NCBI GenBank assembly: GCA_976551045.1
Contig: CDPCPM010000016.1
Location: 27,342,001 to 27,406,000, forward strand
Direction of reading: 5' to 3'
Length of the DNA: 64,000 nucleotides
Source: Glaucostegus cemiculus
Lineage: Eukaryota
The notes beneath the pieces are model-generated. The model ran no database searches, was not told the DNA's origin, and was given only the letters and a program-made list of their open reading frames with translations. Positions 38,745 through 51,499 of this stretch are shown here, piece after piece (the stretch's first letter is position 1; each line of letters starts with the position of its first letter). The position numbers and the translations under genes are program-made.

Positions 38745-38930
38745 TGGCTATAGAAACAGAAAATGCTGGAAATACTCAGCAATCAGGCAGTGTCTATGAA
38801 GGAAGAAACAGTTAATGTTTCAGTAAAGAAAAAACGAATTGCTGGAGGAACTCAGTGGGTCAGGCAGCTCTGTAGATAGAAATGGACGGTTGATGTTTCA
38901 GGTTGAGATCCTTCACCTGGACTGGGTTTC
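38745..38930 (-). mobile_element. Two tandem Penelope-derived terminal-repeat fragments
   Basis: AATGCTGGAAATACTCAGC...GTTAATGTTTCAG and TGCTGGAGGAACTCAG...TTGATGTTTCAGGTTGAGATCCTTCA. Confidence 0.6.
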
Positions 38931-39519
38931 AGTAAAACTGGGCAAACTTCATACTTGTTTTATCTCTAACTTTTCCCATTTCTGAAGAAATCTGTCCCCT
39001 ATGAGGATTAGGACTTTGAATTTACAGGTCCTTCCCAGCATACAAATGCTCGACGTATGTACAGCCCATACATAGAAATGAATGTTTAGGAGACCAGGGG
39101 GATGGATTTGCCAGCTGCTGCTGGGCTGCAAGCATCTTCTGCCACCTGGGAACTTGGTTTGTGGCAACAATTCCGAATTGCGAACTGTTCAGGTTACAAA
39201 CAGTTCACAGGAACGGAACCCTGCAGTAACTTGGGGACATCTTGTATTGTTTTCTCTATGTATATAGTGAACATTCACTCAAAATTCAGATTTGCATTTA
39301 TGTTCTTAGATATACTTCAGGATATTTCTCCTGTACTAAACTTATTTAAAACAGTTCCTGGAATCCTAAATAACGTGAAGGATTTTAACGTACTTCGTTA
39401 CATTAAAAGAATGCTGTTAACTTCAGGTCTTTATTAAAGTCTTCTTTTTAGTTCTATTTTTATTAGTACTTTATTTCAGGATCTATGCCAGCTTTTGAAT
39501 CTTACAAGTAAATGAAAAT

Positions 39520-39640
39520 GAACAAAACTGCAGAACCTAAAATAGTTCTGACACAGGGTCTTACACCTGCAGCATTAAATGTATTTCTCTTCCCACAAAT
39601 GTGGCCTGACTGTTAAGTGTGCCATTATTTTCTGTTTTTA
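39520..39640 (+). mobile_element. Penelope-derived terminal-repeat fragment
   Basis: GTTCTGACACAGGGTCTTACACCTG...TTTCTCTTCCCACAAATGTGGCCTGAC. Confidence 0.5.
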
Positions 39641-40752
39641 TTTTGTTTTTATTTTATTTTCCTGTATGAACATCTGAATTTTATAGTGGAGTAATATCTA
39701 CCTCAGTATCACACATCAGAGATAACCTAATCATTAACAAGATAATCACAATGATATAACAATTACACAGTCATATACAGTAAAGTGGCATAGCTGATTT
39801 CATGCAGTGCACCAGGACAAAGTCAGCTGGGTTCAATTTACTATAATAGAGTAGGATTATAATAGCATAATAGCACTGGCAGAAATGGAACAGAACTTCC
39901 GCTTTCCCCATTCCAAACCCCCGAGGTGGGATCATTTGAATAATTCGGAGGGATGCCAGAATCTCAGAGCAGCACCCTGCTGTGCTGATTTGTTTTATTT
40001 GGAGAACAGGGGTTCAGGGAGCAAGATTGCAAAAGACTAGTGTGAAGGAATACATATAGCCTCACTGAAGACAATTGTAGATGATCTCTGACTGTGACCC
40101 CAGAACCAGAGGCAACTACTGCCTAAGATTGCTGCTCCAAGGCCAATATACGATCCCTAGAAGAGCAACTGTACCTGGTTCCTTCAGACGTTCAATGTAC
40201 TCCCATGCTAGTTGTTTGAAATTAACCTAATAAATGGCTTCAAGATACCTTCAGAGGGGGCTATTTTATCTGATCCACCTCGTAAAAAATGCTCGAAAAG
40301 GACAACCACATGTCACATTATGATTTGAGTTTACTATAGTTTGAGAGACTTGTTTATGATATGAAGACTGGGATAAAAACTGAACATGACCACAGGCTAA
40401 TTACTGGCTACAAGGAAGGAAACAGTAGTTGACCATACGATAAAATTAACAGTGATATTGAATAAAGTGTGCCAGGAAACTTCTGCCACATGCCTTATCA
40501 CTCCCAGTTTCAAGTATACACAAGTAACCTAGATCTGCAGTAATGTCAAACCGGCAAAGATATTTCAAGGTTAGTGTGATAAGTTTCTCACCTGTGCTGA
40601 GTAGTGACAATTGAAGTTTCATGTGAATAGTTGTAAGATATCATGCATGTTAGCAAGGCCCTACTTAACTGCAATCATGCAGAAATTGTGGATTCCTCAA
40701 TATTCAACTGATATGCTGTCATATTTTGGCCTGGGTCACCAGTACCACCTTG

Positions 40753-40919
40753 NNNNNNNNNNNNNNNNNNNNNNNNNNNNNNNNNNNNNNNNNNNNNNNN
40801 NNNNNNNNNNNNNNNNNNNNNNNNNNNNNNNNNNNNNNNNNNNNNNNNNNNNNNNNNNNNNNNNNNNNNNNNNNNNNNNNNNNNNNNNNNNNNNNNNNNN
40901 NNNNNNNNNNNNNNNNNNN
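40753..40919. other. Assembly gap
   Basis: 167 consecutive N. Confidence 1.
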
Positions 40920-41589
40920 TCTCACACATTAAAATGACACTGCTATAGATACACAGCCTGGAAGGGAGAAGAATGGGGAACAGCAAAAAGAATGCAGTTG
41001 CCATAGAAACAGCATGTGCTTGTCTGGATCAAGATTTAGTGACCATCAGAGAGTACGGAAAATGGTGGACATGATGGACAGAATGTTTAGTGAGGGACCT
41101 GTTAATGGATTGAGTGGCACTGGAGCCATGCCTCATTGAGCTGGTGTGTGCAAAGGAGTGAAGCAGCCCACCACATTCCTTCCCCAAATCACCACCTCTG
41201 GCCCATCAATGCCAAGAGGAATAACTTTCCGGTACACACTGAAGAATGATAGGTATCAGCTAAGGAAGGACAGTGGCTGGTTCTTAACAGGAACTACAAG
41301 TCAACACCATTATTAGCAAGTATGAGATGTTTTTAACAAGTATAAAATATAATAATGTAGTTTAAGCTATTTTCCTCTCAGAAATAAATCTGTCCATTGA
41401 CGTCAACAAATTACCACAAAAAATAATAAGTTATCGTTACTCATCTACACTTTTGTCTGCTTCCCCACAACTCAGCTACAATTTTCTGAAGTTCCTGCAA
41501 GTTAGGTAAGGTGTTATTTATTAGAAATAAAAATAGATGGTACGTTCATTTCATTGGTAGAAGAGAAACAAAGCAAACTATATGGTGGA

Positions 41590-41800
41590 GACACAAGAGA
41601 CTACAAATGCTGAAATCTGGAGCGACAAGCAATCTGCTGGAGGAACTCAGTGAGTCGAGCAGCATCTGTGGGATGAAAGGAATTAAAGTCCTGAATTAAG
41701 TCTTGATGCAGGGTTTTGACCCGAAGCATCAACAATTCCTTTCTTCCCACAGATGCTGCTTGTCCCGCTGAGTTCCTCCAGAAGATTGTTTGTTGCTCCA
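41590..41800. mobile_element. Palindromic Penelope-derived repeat
   Basis: TGGAGCGACAAGCAATCTGCTGGAGGAACTCAG...GCAGCATCTGTGGGA versus TCCCACAGATGCTGC...CTGAGTTCCTCCAGAAGATTGTTTGTTGCTCCA. Confidence 0.75.
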
Positions 41801-41981
41801 AACTATATGGTGGCTCTGTTGTTAGATCATTGAATTTCGAGTCCCCAGGAGTTGCACTGTGGTCAGATTACATCTTAAATCTTTAGTGTGAAAGCAAAAT
41901 ACAGTAAAACTCCAGTAATCCAGCACAATCAGAACCTTACTGCTGGCAGACTGGCAGATTTTCCAGACAATTTGATGTCAT

Positions 41982-42313
41982 CCAAAAGGTTGGACAAACT
42001 TGAATTGTTTTCTCTAGAGCATCAGAAGTGTCAAGTACTAGAGGACATAGCTTCAAGGTGAGAGGGGGAAAGTTCAAAGGTGATGTGTGGGGTAAGTTTT
42101 TTTGCACAGAAAGTGGTAGGTGCCTGGAGTGGTCTGCCAGGAGTCATTTGATAGAGGCATTTAAGAGATATTTAGACAGGCACATGAAAATGCAAGGAAT
42201 GGAGGGATATGGATCATGTGTAGGCAGATAGGTTTAGTTTAATTTGGCATCATAGTCTGCACTGACCGTGCATTGAAGGACCTGTGCTGTGCTGTTCTAC
42301 ATTCTATGTTCTA
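41982..42313 (+). mobile_element. CR1 3' fragment inside the MITE
   Basis: STRGHSFKVRGGKFKGDVWGKFF; TTCTATGTTCTA tail. Confidence 0.85.
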
Positions 42314-42638
42314 CTCCCAGCACACTTTCAGTTCACTTTCTTTTAGACTTTATGCAGTAGTGTAATATATTTTCCAATGAACCCAGTAAATTTAAAGAGA
42401 GCATGGGAAACAGAACCTGGTGAGTTTAAAGGGAGCAGGAAATCAGGCTGCAGTATGTTTAAAGGGAGAGGGGAAACTAGGCCTCTAGTGAGTTTAAAGG
42501 TAGTGTGGGAAACAGAGGCCTGGTACTTTTGAAAAGCACAGGAAATGGGGCCCGTGTGAATTTAAAGGGGCCACAGGAAACAGAACCCTCAGCCAGGTGC
42601 CGAACAATGGGATTTTCATACAACTGGATACCAGATTA

Positions 42639-43042
42639 CAAGTCGTCCCTGGGTTATGACAAGCATCCATTCCTGAGAACTGCTCGTAAGACAGAAATGA
42701 ACAAAAGCAGAGTGTGGGAGAGGATCACAGAAACAACTGTGACGGGAGAGTGAGCAGGGGGAAAATAGGAACCGCCAGTGAATGAGTGAGTCTGCTCAGT
42801 GCTCGTAACTCTGTCAGCTGAACCCAGCCCACGATTGATGTGGCACGATGTGGCTCAGAGTGCGGGGGGGGGGGGGGGGGGTGGAGGTGTTGGGGAGAGA
42901 AGGAAAGCAGAATTGCCCCATTCCTAACTAGCAGAAGATGCCTGCAGCAACACAGCAGCTGACAAATCATTCTCCATCCAATCCACTGCTCTCCCAAATG
43001 CTTGTTCAGACATACAGAGTGTCTGTAAGTCAGGAGGAGCTG
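42639..43042. mobile_element. Second Tigger-like MITE inserted into the right TIR of the first
   Basis: TA|CAAGTCGTCCCTGGGTTATGAC ... GTAAGTCAGGAGGAGCTG; degenerate TIRs; outer TIR continues on both sides. Confidence 0.5.
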
Positions 43043-46000
43043 AATTGGAATTTTACTTTACTCTGTTGGAAATTTGAAATGTGGAATGCTCTCCCACAAA
43101 ATCCAGTAAATGCTAGCTCAGTTATTAGCTTTAAATAGTGAGTAGCTCCAGTGGTTCCTGGAAAAACTGGGATAAGAACACCACTCATTTCTCCACAAAA
43201 AAATTCTAGCTGAAGTCATACAACCAGTATAAACCACAATTACACAACTATTGACCTACGCGGAGCAGAAGTGCCAGCTGCCCATTTATAGGCCTTCCTA
43301 GAAATTCAAACAGGTACACAGATAGCCATCCAAGATATGGTAAAACTGAGGAAACACTCAGGATTGAAGGAACAAGTAGTTCATAGATAACTTTAAAATT
43401 GCCTTCCTTGCTTTGATAATATTCCAGAGGTATATTAGCAGTAGAGCTGCAAATATATAAATTATTTTACTATAAATCACTCATTACAAAATATTTGATT
43501 TTTGACATGTTATTTGTCACTATTTAGACAATTACTTCAAATTACACTCAAAGTACAAGAATGGGAAAAGGAAAGAAAAATTAAATTACAAAGAGAGACA
43601 GATAATAAATGGATAAATATCAAGATCAGAATACCGATCTTGATATTTATTCATTTTCGTGTTTGAATTTCTTCCTCTTCTTTGGTGAATATGATATTAC
43701 ATTCTTAAGCTGGACCCAGATGCAGGCCTACCGGAAAAGAAGTGTAACCGTGCCTAGACATTTTAACCCCAAATTCTAGCCTGCTGGCCAAAATTACCTC
43801 TGGATTTGAACTTCTGAATCTAACTGAGATGTACAGATTTATAAAATGCCAAATGAATGTTTCCTCCAAAAAAGCATTCTCAAAGTATATACAGTAGCTT
43901 TCAAGGGAATTTCAGTTTTATTGCCAAATGATGGCTCTACACTATATACAAAAAATAACTAAAGAATGAGAATCAAACACTGTGAGAAAGAAAGTTTGAA
44001 ACTAGTGATTTTCCTTTTGGTGTCATTTAATGTGATTGACCTCTTCATCAAAGCACAGGACCACATAAGGTGCTCCACCTGGAATGGGCTAAGACTACAC
44101 AGGATGACAGAGAAAACACACAGAAGGCTGCTATAAACACATCACAAAATAGTATTATGCACAATAAAACTGATGACTGCACAAACAGTTGATTCACAAC
44201 AATGAAAAAAAGTCAAGTTTTCAGATAGCAACTCAGAACATCAACATTTAATGTAGATTTGGAAGAGGAAGCCTTTTGACCCATTGGGCTGACTTTTCCA
44301 CCACATTTCTAAAGGCAAAAATGACACAAAGAGCCCTAACACTGTAACACCACTTGATTCACCTTGCTGGGAGTGATGGGAATGCTGCCAGCAATCTGCA
44401 CTTCCCGATCACTCACCTCTGCCACAGGAAAACAGATTGAGAATCAGCAGGGGCTGCAGAAGCGCTGCTTCACTGCAGTTTCACTCCTTAAGAGAGAATG
44501 CAGCACTTCATGTTAAGGCACCAAAGCCACTTTGCATCCTTCTGCACTCAATATTTTCAGAATATAACCCACTTCCATTTCCACTTCATTTGCAGACAGA
44601 AAGTGCTGATAATGTTTCCAGTGTGGCCATATACAATTCCTAGAGATCAATTTTTTGTTGCTCTATTTGTCTCATCACTATTTCCTTTGTCATTTACAAT
44701 GTTCAAGATGAACAATAGTAAGACCTACACTTCACTCAAGGTTAGGTTTTATGATGAAATATTGCATCGAGTTCTTCCCAAAGTACAAGGATGCAACTTA
44801 AGACAGGGAACTAAATTTTTGGAAACCACAAAGGTTTAGCTTCAGGAATCAATCACATACAAATAACATCTAGAATTTAGTAACAACAAATTAAAGAGCA
44901 ATAGTTGAAGTCCTCGGGTTATTGACTTTGTCAGAATATTGTAAACCAGTTTGCAAAGGAAGTGATAATCAACTGAACTCTGCTATCAGGAACTCTTAAG
45001 AAAACCCCTGCTGACAGCTTTTTCAAATCTCACCATCAAAAACTGGGTGCAAAGTGGCCACACACTGAGAACTTCAACAGACCCAATACTAATCCTGACC
45101 TGTCAATTGACTAGGATTTTTGCGATGTCCCTGCAAAGAATTTAAAATGTTTCAGTTCATTCTAAATGCATGCTGTACCCAAATTTGATATCTTCATTTC
45201 AAATATTTGAGGAAAAAAAGTAGAATGAAACAACCATTTGAAAGAAATGTCTCATCAAAGGTCCAACAAGTAAATCCCCTGGTTTCAGTCCACCCATGAA
45301 AGAATGGACTTTGCTCAGTCAAATCTGAACAGAGTGAGAAAGATTGGCTTATGTCATGCTTAAGTGGAAGGTTAAAAGAATCTCACTTTGTATGCGTGAT
45401 AAACATCTCACATCTGAATCCCAAGAGTTCTACTTCAAAGGCAACTTATCTGAACATCAAACTTCTAAGAACCATCACAGCTGCATAATTCGAGGCACTT
45501 GCTTTAACTTTAGAGCTTTGCTTGTTAGCATATTTTTTGTTCCAATCCTATGCCAAACAACAAATAAATCCTATCACATAATCAATAGGATTATCAGTCA
45601 ATCCTATTGCAAACCTATCAAAAACTCCACTATTTTTGTTTTCCTCTCCTGCTTTTCATTGCCTCTGTACCTTCTTAAAATGCTATTAAATGTCAAAATA
45701 TCTTTCAACACCATAAACTATTTCTCTCTCTCAAATAATGCTGCATGTCTTCCAGAGTATTTCCTCTCAAGACCTATTCCCCACTTCCCTCCCACCCCTG
45801 CCACCACCATCCACATCCTAAAGTCCAACAAACTCCAATCTACCATTGGCATTGTGGTTCACAGTTAAAGTTTAAGTGATGCCTCAACATGAAAACATCT
45901 AGAATTTAGTAAAGACAAATAAGAAAGAGCAATAGCTAAAGTCCTCTAGTCTTTTGCTTGTGGTCTCAGGTGGGTGCTACAAGGTCACAAGGGATTCATT

Positions 46001-46154
46001 AATATTGTCCTTAATTTCGTAAACATTATTTCATAGAACAATTTTTTGTATAAACTAAAACAAAAATGGAGCATTTTACTGAAAAAATGTAACCAATGCT
46101 CTTAAAAGGTTAATTTGAGACTATGTTTATTTATGATATGGTAGGTTAAATGGC

Positions 46155-46310
46155 TATCGTAAATTGCCCTTGGTGCAGGTAGAGGTGACAGGAGAAGCAA
46201 TGGAGAGTTGAGCAGATGAGCGAGAACAAGTTATTGGGAAATAAGTGGGGGAATGGAACTGATGGGAATGGTCTGAGAGCTGGCAGAAACTAAATAGATC
46301 AAATCTCTCC
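46155..46310 (+). mobile_element. HE1-like SINE 3' portion
   Basis: GTAAATTGCCCTTGGTGCAGGTAG...AAATAAGTGGGGGAATGG...CTGAGAGCTGGCA resembles the reverse complement of the split SINE at 21645-23480. Confidence 0.5.
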
Positions 46311-47255
46311 AAATTTGGAATATGAAACATTACAACAATAATGTGTATTTTCTCCCAGTTTAAGCATGATAAGCAGCTTTCCTTTAGGCAGTAGATTACA
46401 AGTGCTGAATATATTTTGTTATTGGTCATTTACTTCCCCTGCCAATTTCCTTTTGTGTGCTTAGAACTTTCTAAGACCTGTTTCAGTTTAAACATAGTTT
46501 ATGTAACTGTTGCATTTGTCTTCAAATGATAAATTGGAAATTATGACATAACTATTTGCTTTACCAATAAATCCAGTGCTATTTTTTTCTATCTAAGATA
46601 AAACTTGTGCTTATTAACAATCATAGTACTCACAACCAGCAAATTGGGATAATTTTCTTTGTCATGCAAGAACCCAAATGCTAGTTTTCTGTAACTAATT
46701 TCATCATCAATGTTAGTCAATTGATTAGTGGATGTCTCTGCTGGTGGTCATGCATGGGCCTTTGGTATAACATTGATAAAAACTATAGATTGATCATTAC
46801 ACATAAAGAATAGGCTTTATTTATTGGTACATGTAATTAAAGGGTGCATTGTTGGATCAGCAGTTTCTAATAAAATTGGAAAGATGCCCTCAGCCATTTA
46901 AGAATACCCTGGGTATTTGGTAATCTGCTTAAAAGGATACAATAAAGTTCTTTTATGCTGGATTTCTTTCATGTGGTCTCTGCAAATTCATTTGAAACAT
47001 TGCTAGCATTGATGCCTTGGTGCTAGTGAAATAGTTACAGATTCATTGGACAAACACTGCTGTAGCTAAATGTTGTTTGAACAGGTTATTAAGAAATGGA
47101 AGTATAATGATTCAACTTTTAATTCATATTTCTATGTGTTAAATGGAAATATACCACTGCAGTTCTGATATTCCATCTGTAACTACAAAGACTAAGTCTG
47201 CTAGAGATAATGTGTCCAACTGGGCCAATGTACTGTTTTATTTGTTTATTTGCAG

Positions 47256-47377
47256 ACTTGTCACTTGATCACAAGTTCCCCAGGTTTTGTCCAGGAAAAC
47301 CAAGATTCACTGGATACTATCCAAGGCCTCCCGTGCCCCTTGTTCCAAGACCCAGTGAACCAATAACACAAGAATAA
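47256..47377 (+). CDS. NT5DC1: NT5DC1 last coding exon
   Basis: tttgcag|AC completes the phase-1 codon; DLSLDHKFPRFCPGKPRFTGYYPRPPVPLVPRPSEPITQE* aligns with recalled human ELPLDYKFTRFSSSNSKTAGYYPNPPLVL; TAA at 47375-47377. Confidence 0.92.
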
Positions 47378-48575
47378 GCATGCGAGAGCTGTTATCTCAG
47401 CCTGTGAAGAAAAGCAAGACCCTCTCCAAAGCAACACATGTTTTGTCCCTAGTGTGGCTACTGTGCATTACCTCCATAAGAGAAGTTTCTGTACTGTTAA
47501 GTGCATTTAGAATCAGCTAAACTGATGGTTTTATTTTTGAAAAAAAGCTGTTATATCTTTATTTTTTTTAATTCCTCTTTCAGTGTTAATGGTTGTAAGA
47601 GTAGCATAAATCAGTCTAAATATAGTTTAAGCCTGTTGATTGTGACACTGGTGGAAGTAATGTAATTCCATTTATACAGGGGCACTATACTAATGAAAAT
47701 GTTTGGCAAACCATTTTTGATTTAAAAGAAGAAAAGTCAGAAGAACTGTGTCATTTTGATCACAATAAAGTCACACAAAAGTAATGCAATGATGTGTTTT
47801 GATGTGATTTATTTGATCATGTTGTATGTTTATTAAAATTTTTAAAAGTATTTACCATGTACTTTTCCAAGAGGTGAACAAGCAACATGCTATGGTCGAC
47901 TTGTAGTTAATCACATTAGAACCAAACTGAAATGTTTCCCTATGAACCATATTACTTATGTTCTAATTAAGCGGCATCAATCGCATTGCCACAAGATTGG
48001 TGACTGAGTTGTCTATTTAGAAACCTTTTACGCTGTTGTATATTTTATGGATGTAAAATGCAAAATACAGTGTAAAATAAACATCTCTCTATAGACACTG
48101 CTATAATATTGGGGATGGGATAATTATTTTGCTAATTCTATTATGTAGATGGTGAAACTCTATAATTGGACCAGAAGTCATTTCAGTGTTCATTTTTGCT
48201 GTGTTTCAGCGCAAGGACAAAACAAAACAATTGTATTGTGCTACATAAGAAGGTTTGCAAGTATTGACTTTTGACATTGATAGAAGTATTTTTCAATATT
48301 TGGTGAATAGATCTGACAAATTATTGATTAAACTAAAATGTTAGTATTTGTAGAAAAATATTGACCTCTGCAATTATTGGATGCACTTATTGTATTCTGC
48401 TTCAATTCTCAGTAACTGCATAAGTCTGAACATGTTCAACAACGCATTGTAACAGCTACTCTGTTTCCGATGTATTTTGTTAAAGTGATGTGAGCTGTGA
48501 GTCAATCAATATGTAAGCATCAGCTTCATCTTTGGTTTTGTATATTAAAATAAAAAGGCTAAAAAAATGTGTTCC
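47378..48575 (+). promoter_or_regulatory. NT5DC1: Probable NT5DC1 3' UTR with candidate polyadenylation signals
   Basis: AT-rich, no recognisable repeats; AATAAA at 47764, 48076 and 48549. The true end cannot be fixed from sequence. Confidence 0.55.
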
Positions 48576-49419
48576 ATAATTAAATCTTTAGGAGAAATCT
48601 TTTCACCTCTAATGTGCACTTTTATAATTTCAAAGCCTCCTTTAATTTTGTTTCAACACAGATGTTCAGAAAATAATACAAGTTCATCATATAAATCAAG
48701 TAGTAACAGTCATTTAGGCAGAATGATCAGGGGGCCTATGACACTGGCTGGAAGTGCACTCTGGACCTCTCAAAGTCTACGTATATGGGATAGGGATAGA
48801 AGTCTTGCACTAAGTTTTGTTCCAATTTGCTTCCATTTTGATATGTTCCTGGACTCCATAAAGGTCTACTATTGGAAGGTGATCATGGTTGCCTTGCATG
48901 TTCTTCCACTGTTTGGAGTCATCAGAAATTGAGCTGAGATTCTCAGACATTGCCTCCTGCTTCATTTATCATACAAATGCTTTGAAACAATGTTTGATTA
49001 GTGTATCCAAGTTATGTGTCACAGAAAACCACCTAAAAACTATAGAGCAGTGTATTGGAGGCAGGGTACCATCATGATGACCCTTTACACTGCTCAGTGT
49101 CTCTCAAAATACTCAAGTTCTGGACAAAGGAATCTCACTCTTCAGGAAAACATCTTCTAAATGTACCTTCAGAAAACAACACTGCCCATCTGGTCTCTCA
49201 TAACTAAAATGTTCTATTCCAGAAAACATATTGGTGATTCTCCATTGCACCCTCTTCAGTGATCAGATTTTTGCCTGCCACTTATCAGCCTAAGTCTGAC
49301 TATTGTCTAGTTCACACCAAATACAGCTAAATAGTATTCAATTGTTTGTGGAACTGTGAATATGCCTAAATTTACTAAATCATCTGGTCACTACCTTATG
49401 AGGGGTCTTTTTTTTAGTT

Positions 49420-49922
49420 ATTCATTTTTCAGGATCTGGGTTTCAATGGGAAGGCCACTGTTTATTGCCCATTCCTTATTGTCCCTGAGAAGGTGGTGGT
49501 GAGCTACCTTTTTGAACCATTGCAGTACTTCTGATGAAGGTAACTCTCCTAATGGCTAGGGAGTTCCAGAAACAAAGGACCAATGTTATATTTACAAATC
49601 AGGATGGTTGGGAAAGGAAATGTGCAAGTGCTATTTTTCCTATGCGGCTGATGCCCTTTTCCTCCTTTGTGGTACAGGACATGAGTTTGGGACCTGTTGT
49701 CAGAGTAGACTAGGTGAGTCCTGCTGTGTATTTTGTTAATGATACGCACATTCTCTGTGCCAGTGGTGAAAGGAATAAATCTCTAGGGTGATGAGTGTGG
49801 TGCCAGACAAACAGGCTGCTTTGTCCTGGATGGTGTTGAGCTTCTTGAAAGTTGTTGTAGCAGCACTTATCCAGGCAAGTGGAAAGTATTCCATGATGCT
49901 TCAAATCTGTGCCTTGCCAATG
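49420..49922 (-). mobile_element. Old CR1/Jockey-group LINE 3' fragment (distinct family)
   Basis: Minus-strand translation KAQI...MEYFPLAWISAATTTFKKLNTIQDKAACL; ends in a tail shared with 28878. Confidence 0.7.
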
Positions 49923-51499
49923 AAGCATCTATCAAATAGAGGAGAATCACATGCCTCCCCATGAAAAAAACATTCCAGTAGATAGTGTAGAATTAGGGTG
50001 CTACATCACAATCGATGGTCCTGCTCTCTTTCACCTAAAAACTGATCGATTTGGAACATAGTCCAAATCATAAGAGCTGCGACATTAGAGCAACTGCTGG
50101 CAGCGTTGCAGCATACAAAGCTTAGCACTGGGTGCATTAGATCATAATATCGATTCCGTGATCAAAGGGATCATTTTGAACTGTCAATATAATCTTATAC
50201 ATAGAAATTGATGAAACAGATGAAATTGTGGAATAAAACATCGTTGGAAAACTTTAACAGACACCAATATTTTTTTTATCTTTACTTATAATATCTAGTA
50301 ACCTCCCCCCACCTCCACCCCCATACCAACGTTTCAGAAAGAGAGATTAAAAGCTGTAGTTTCTTCATTATGAATCTTTGTTAGTTTATTACTATATATT
50401 TCCATTTGGGAAGTGTATTCTTTGATCTTTCCAATTTCTACACTTGTATAAAAACAAAGTCATAATATTACAAAGATTTCAAACAAATTGCAGTCTGTCA
50501 TCAGAATACTTTATTGCCAAGCAGGCATTCCACAATACCCCACAGTCACATTTTAAGAAGTGGTCATAAATGGATCAAGGTGTTGATTGATGAGATAAAG
50601 GTAAAGACAGCTGTCATTTAAATTTAGTCTGAGGTATTGCTGCATAAATTATCTTGTGCCATGTAACAAAAGGTCCTCTGTCTAGTTTTCACCAGGAATC
50701 TGTTATAATTCAATAATGCCTATCTTTATAAGAAGCTAATTGTCTGCCAAAACATAATCCATTAATAACGCACCCTAGTGTTTGAGGCTGTTCTCCTCCA
50801 AGCTAGGAAATGTACCATTCAAAAACAATAAACTTATACCTAAGTGATAAATCATTAACTTCACATGCACTTTTATCTGCTCAATTGGGAAGATCTAGTT
50901 TCACCAAAAAAAAGCTAGATAACAACACCTAGTTAAAAACTAAATTAGAGAAAAGTAAATTACACAGAAAATGTTTTCAAGTACTTTGTGGTTAAAATGC
51001 CACAGTTGAATGATTTGTAATTTCTAGTTCTCTGTGATTACATGTACTATGTCACAATTTGTGAATAAAAGCTTTGTAAGCTTTATTTTGTTTTACTTCC
51101 AGTATTTGTCAAGCTTAGCCAATCACAGACCTCTCAATGCAGTTTTCATCTAGTAGTTTACATTCAATGTAAAAGAATGAGGAAATTGTATTTTTCATTG
51201 TCTGTTTCACAAACATAATGTACTTTGCAGCAGCTTTTTAACCAAGGGTCAGGTTGTGCTGTAGAAAGGCATTTATCAGTGACTACTGTTATTAAGGCTT
51301 GGTACTTGCACACTTGGACAGAGTTTTCTGCATAACAAGTTGCTTAAAGTACAGGCAACCAGATAAACCAGGCAATTTTAAGAATAGAGGAACAACTGTG
51401 CACCTCCTAAACTAACTAAATTGAGCTACGGTGAAATTAAAAGCATAAGAACTAGGAAGGAAATGTAAATCAAGAGTTACAGAAATGTCAAATCATGTA

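Larger units (their letters stand above)
41902..43058. mobile_element. Tc1/mariner-pogo (Tigger-like) non-autonomous DNA transposon with internal minisatellite
   Basis: TA|CAGTAAAACTCCAGTAATCC left TIR; right TIR GGAATTTTACTT|TA, split by a second MITE; about six diverged ~35-bp units (GTGAGTTTAAAGGG..GGAAACAG) at 42380-42590. Confidence 0.65.

Noticed and set aside
40611-41004. ORFs spanning the N run
   Set aside because: Artefacts of the assembly gap.
42380-42590. Repeat array with CRISPR-like periodicity
   Set aside because: Diverged tandem units without unique spacers, inside a eukaryotic MITE; no cas genes.
45344-45868. 174-aa ORF
   Set aside because: Non-ATG start, composition typical of AT-rich intron, no recognisable domain or splice context.
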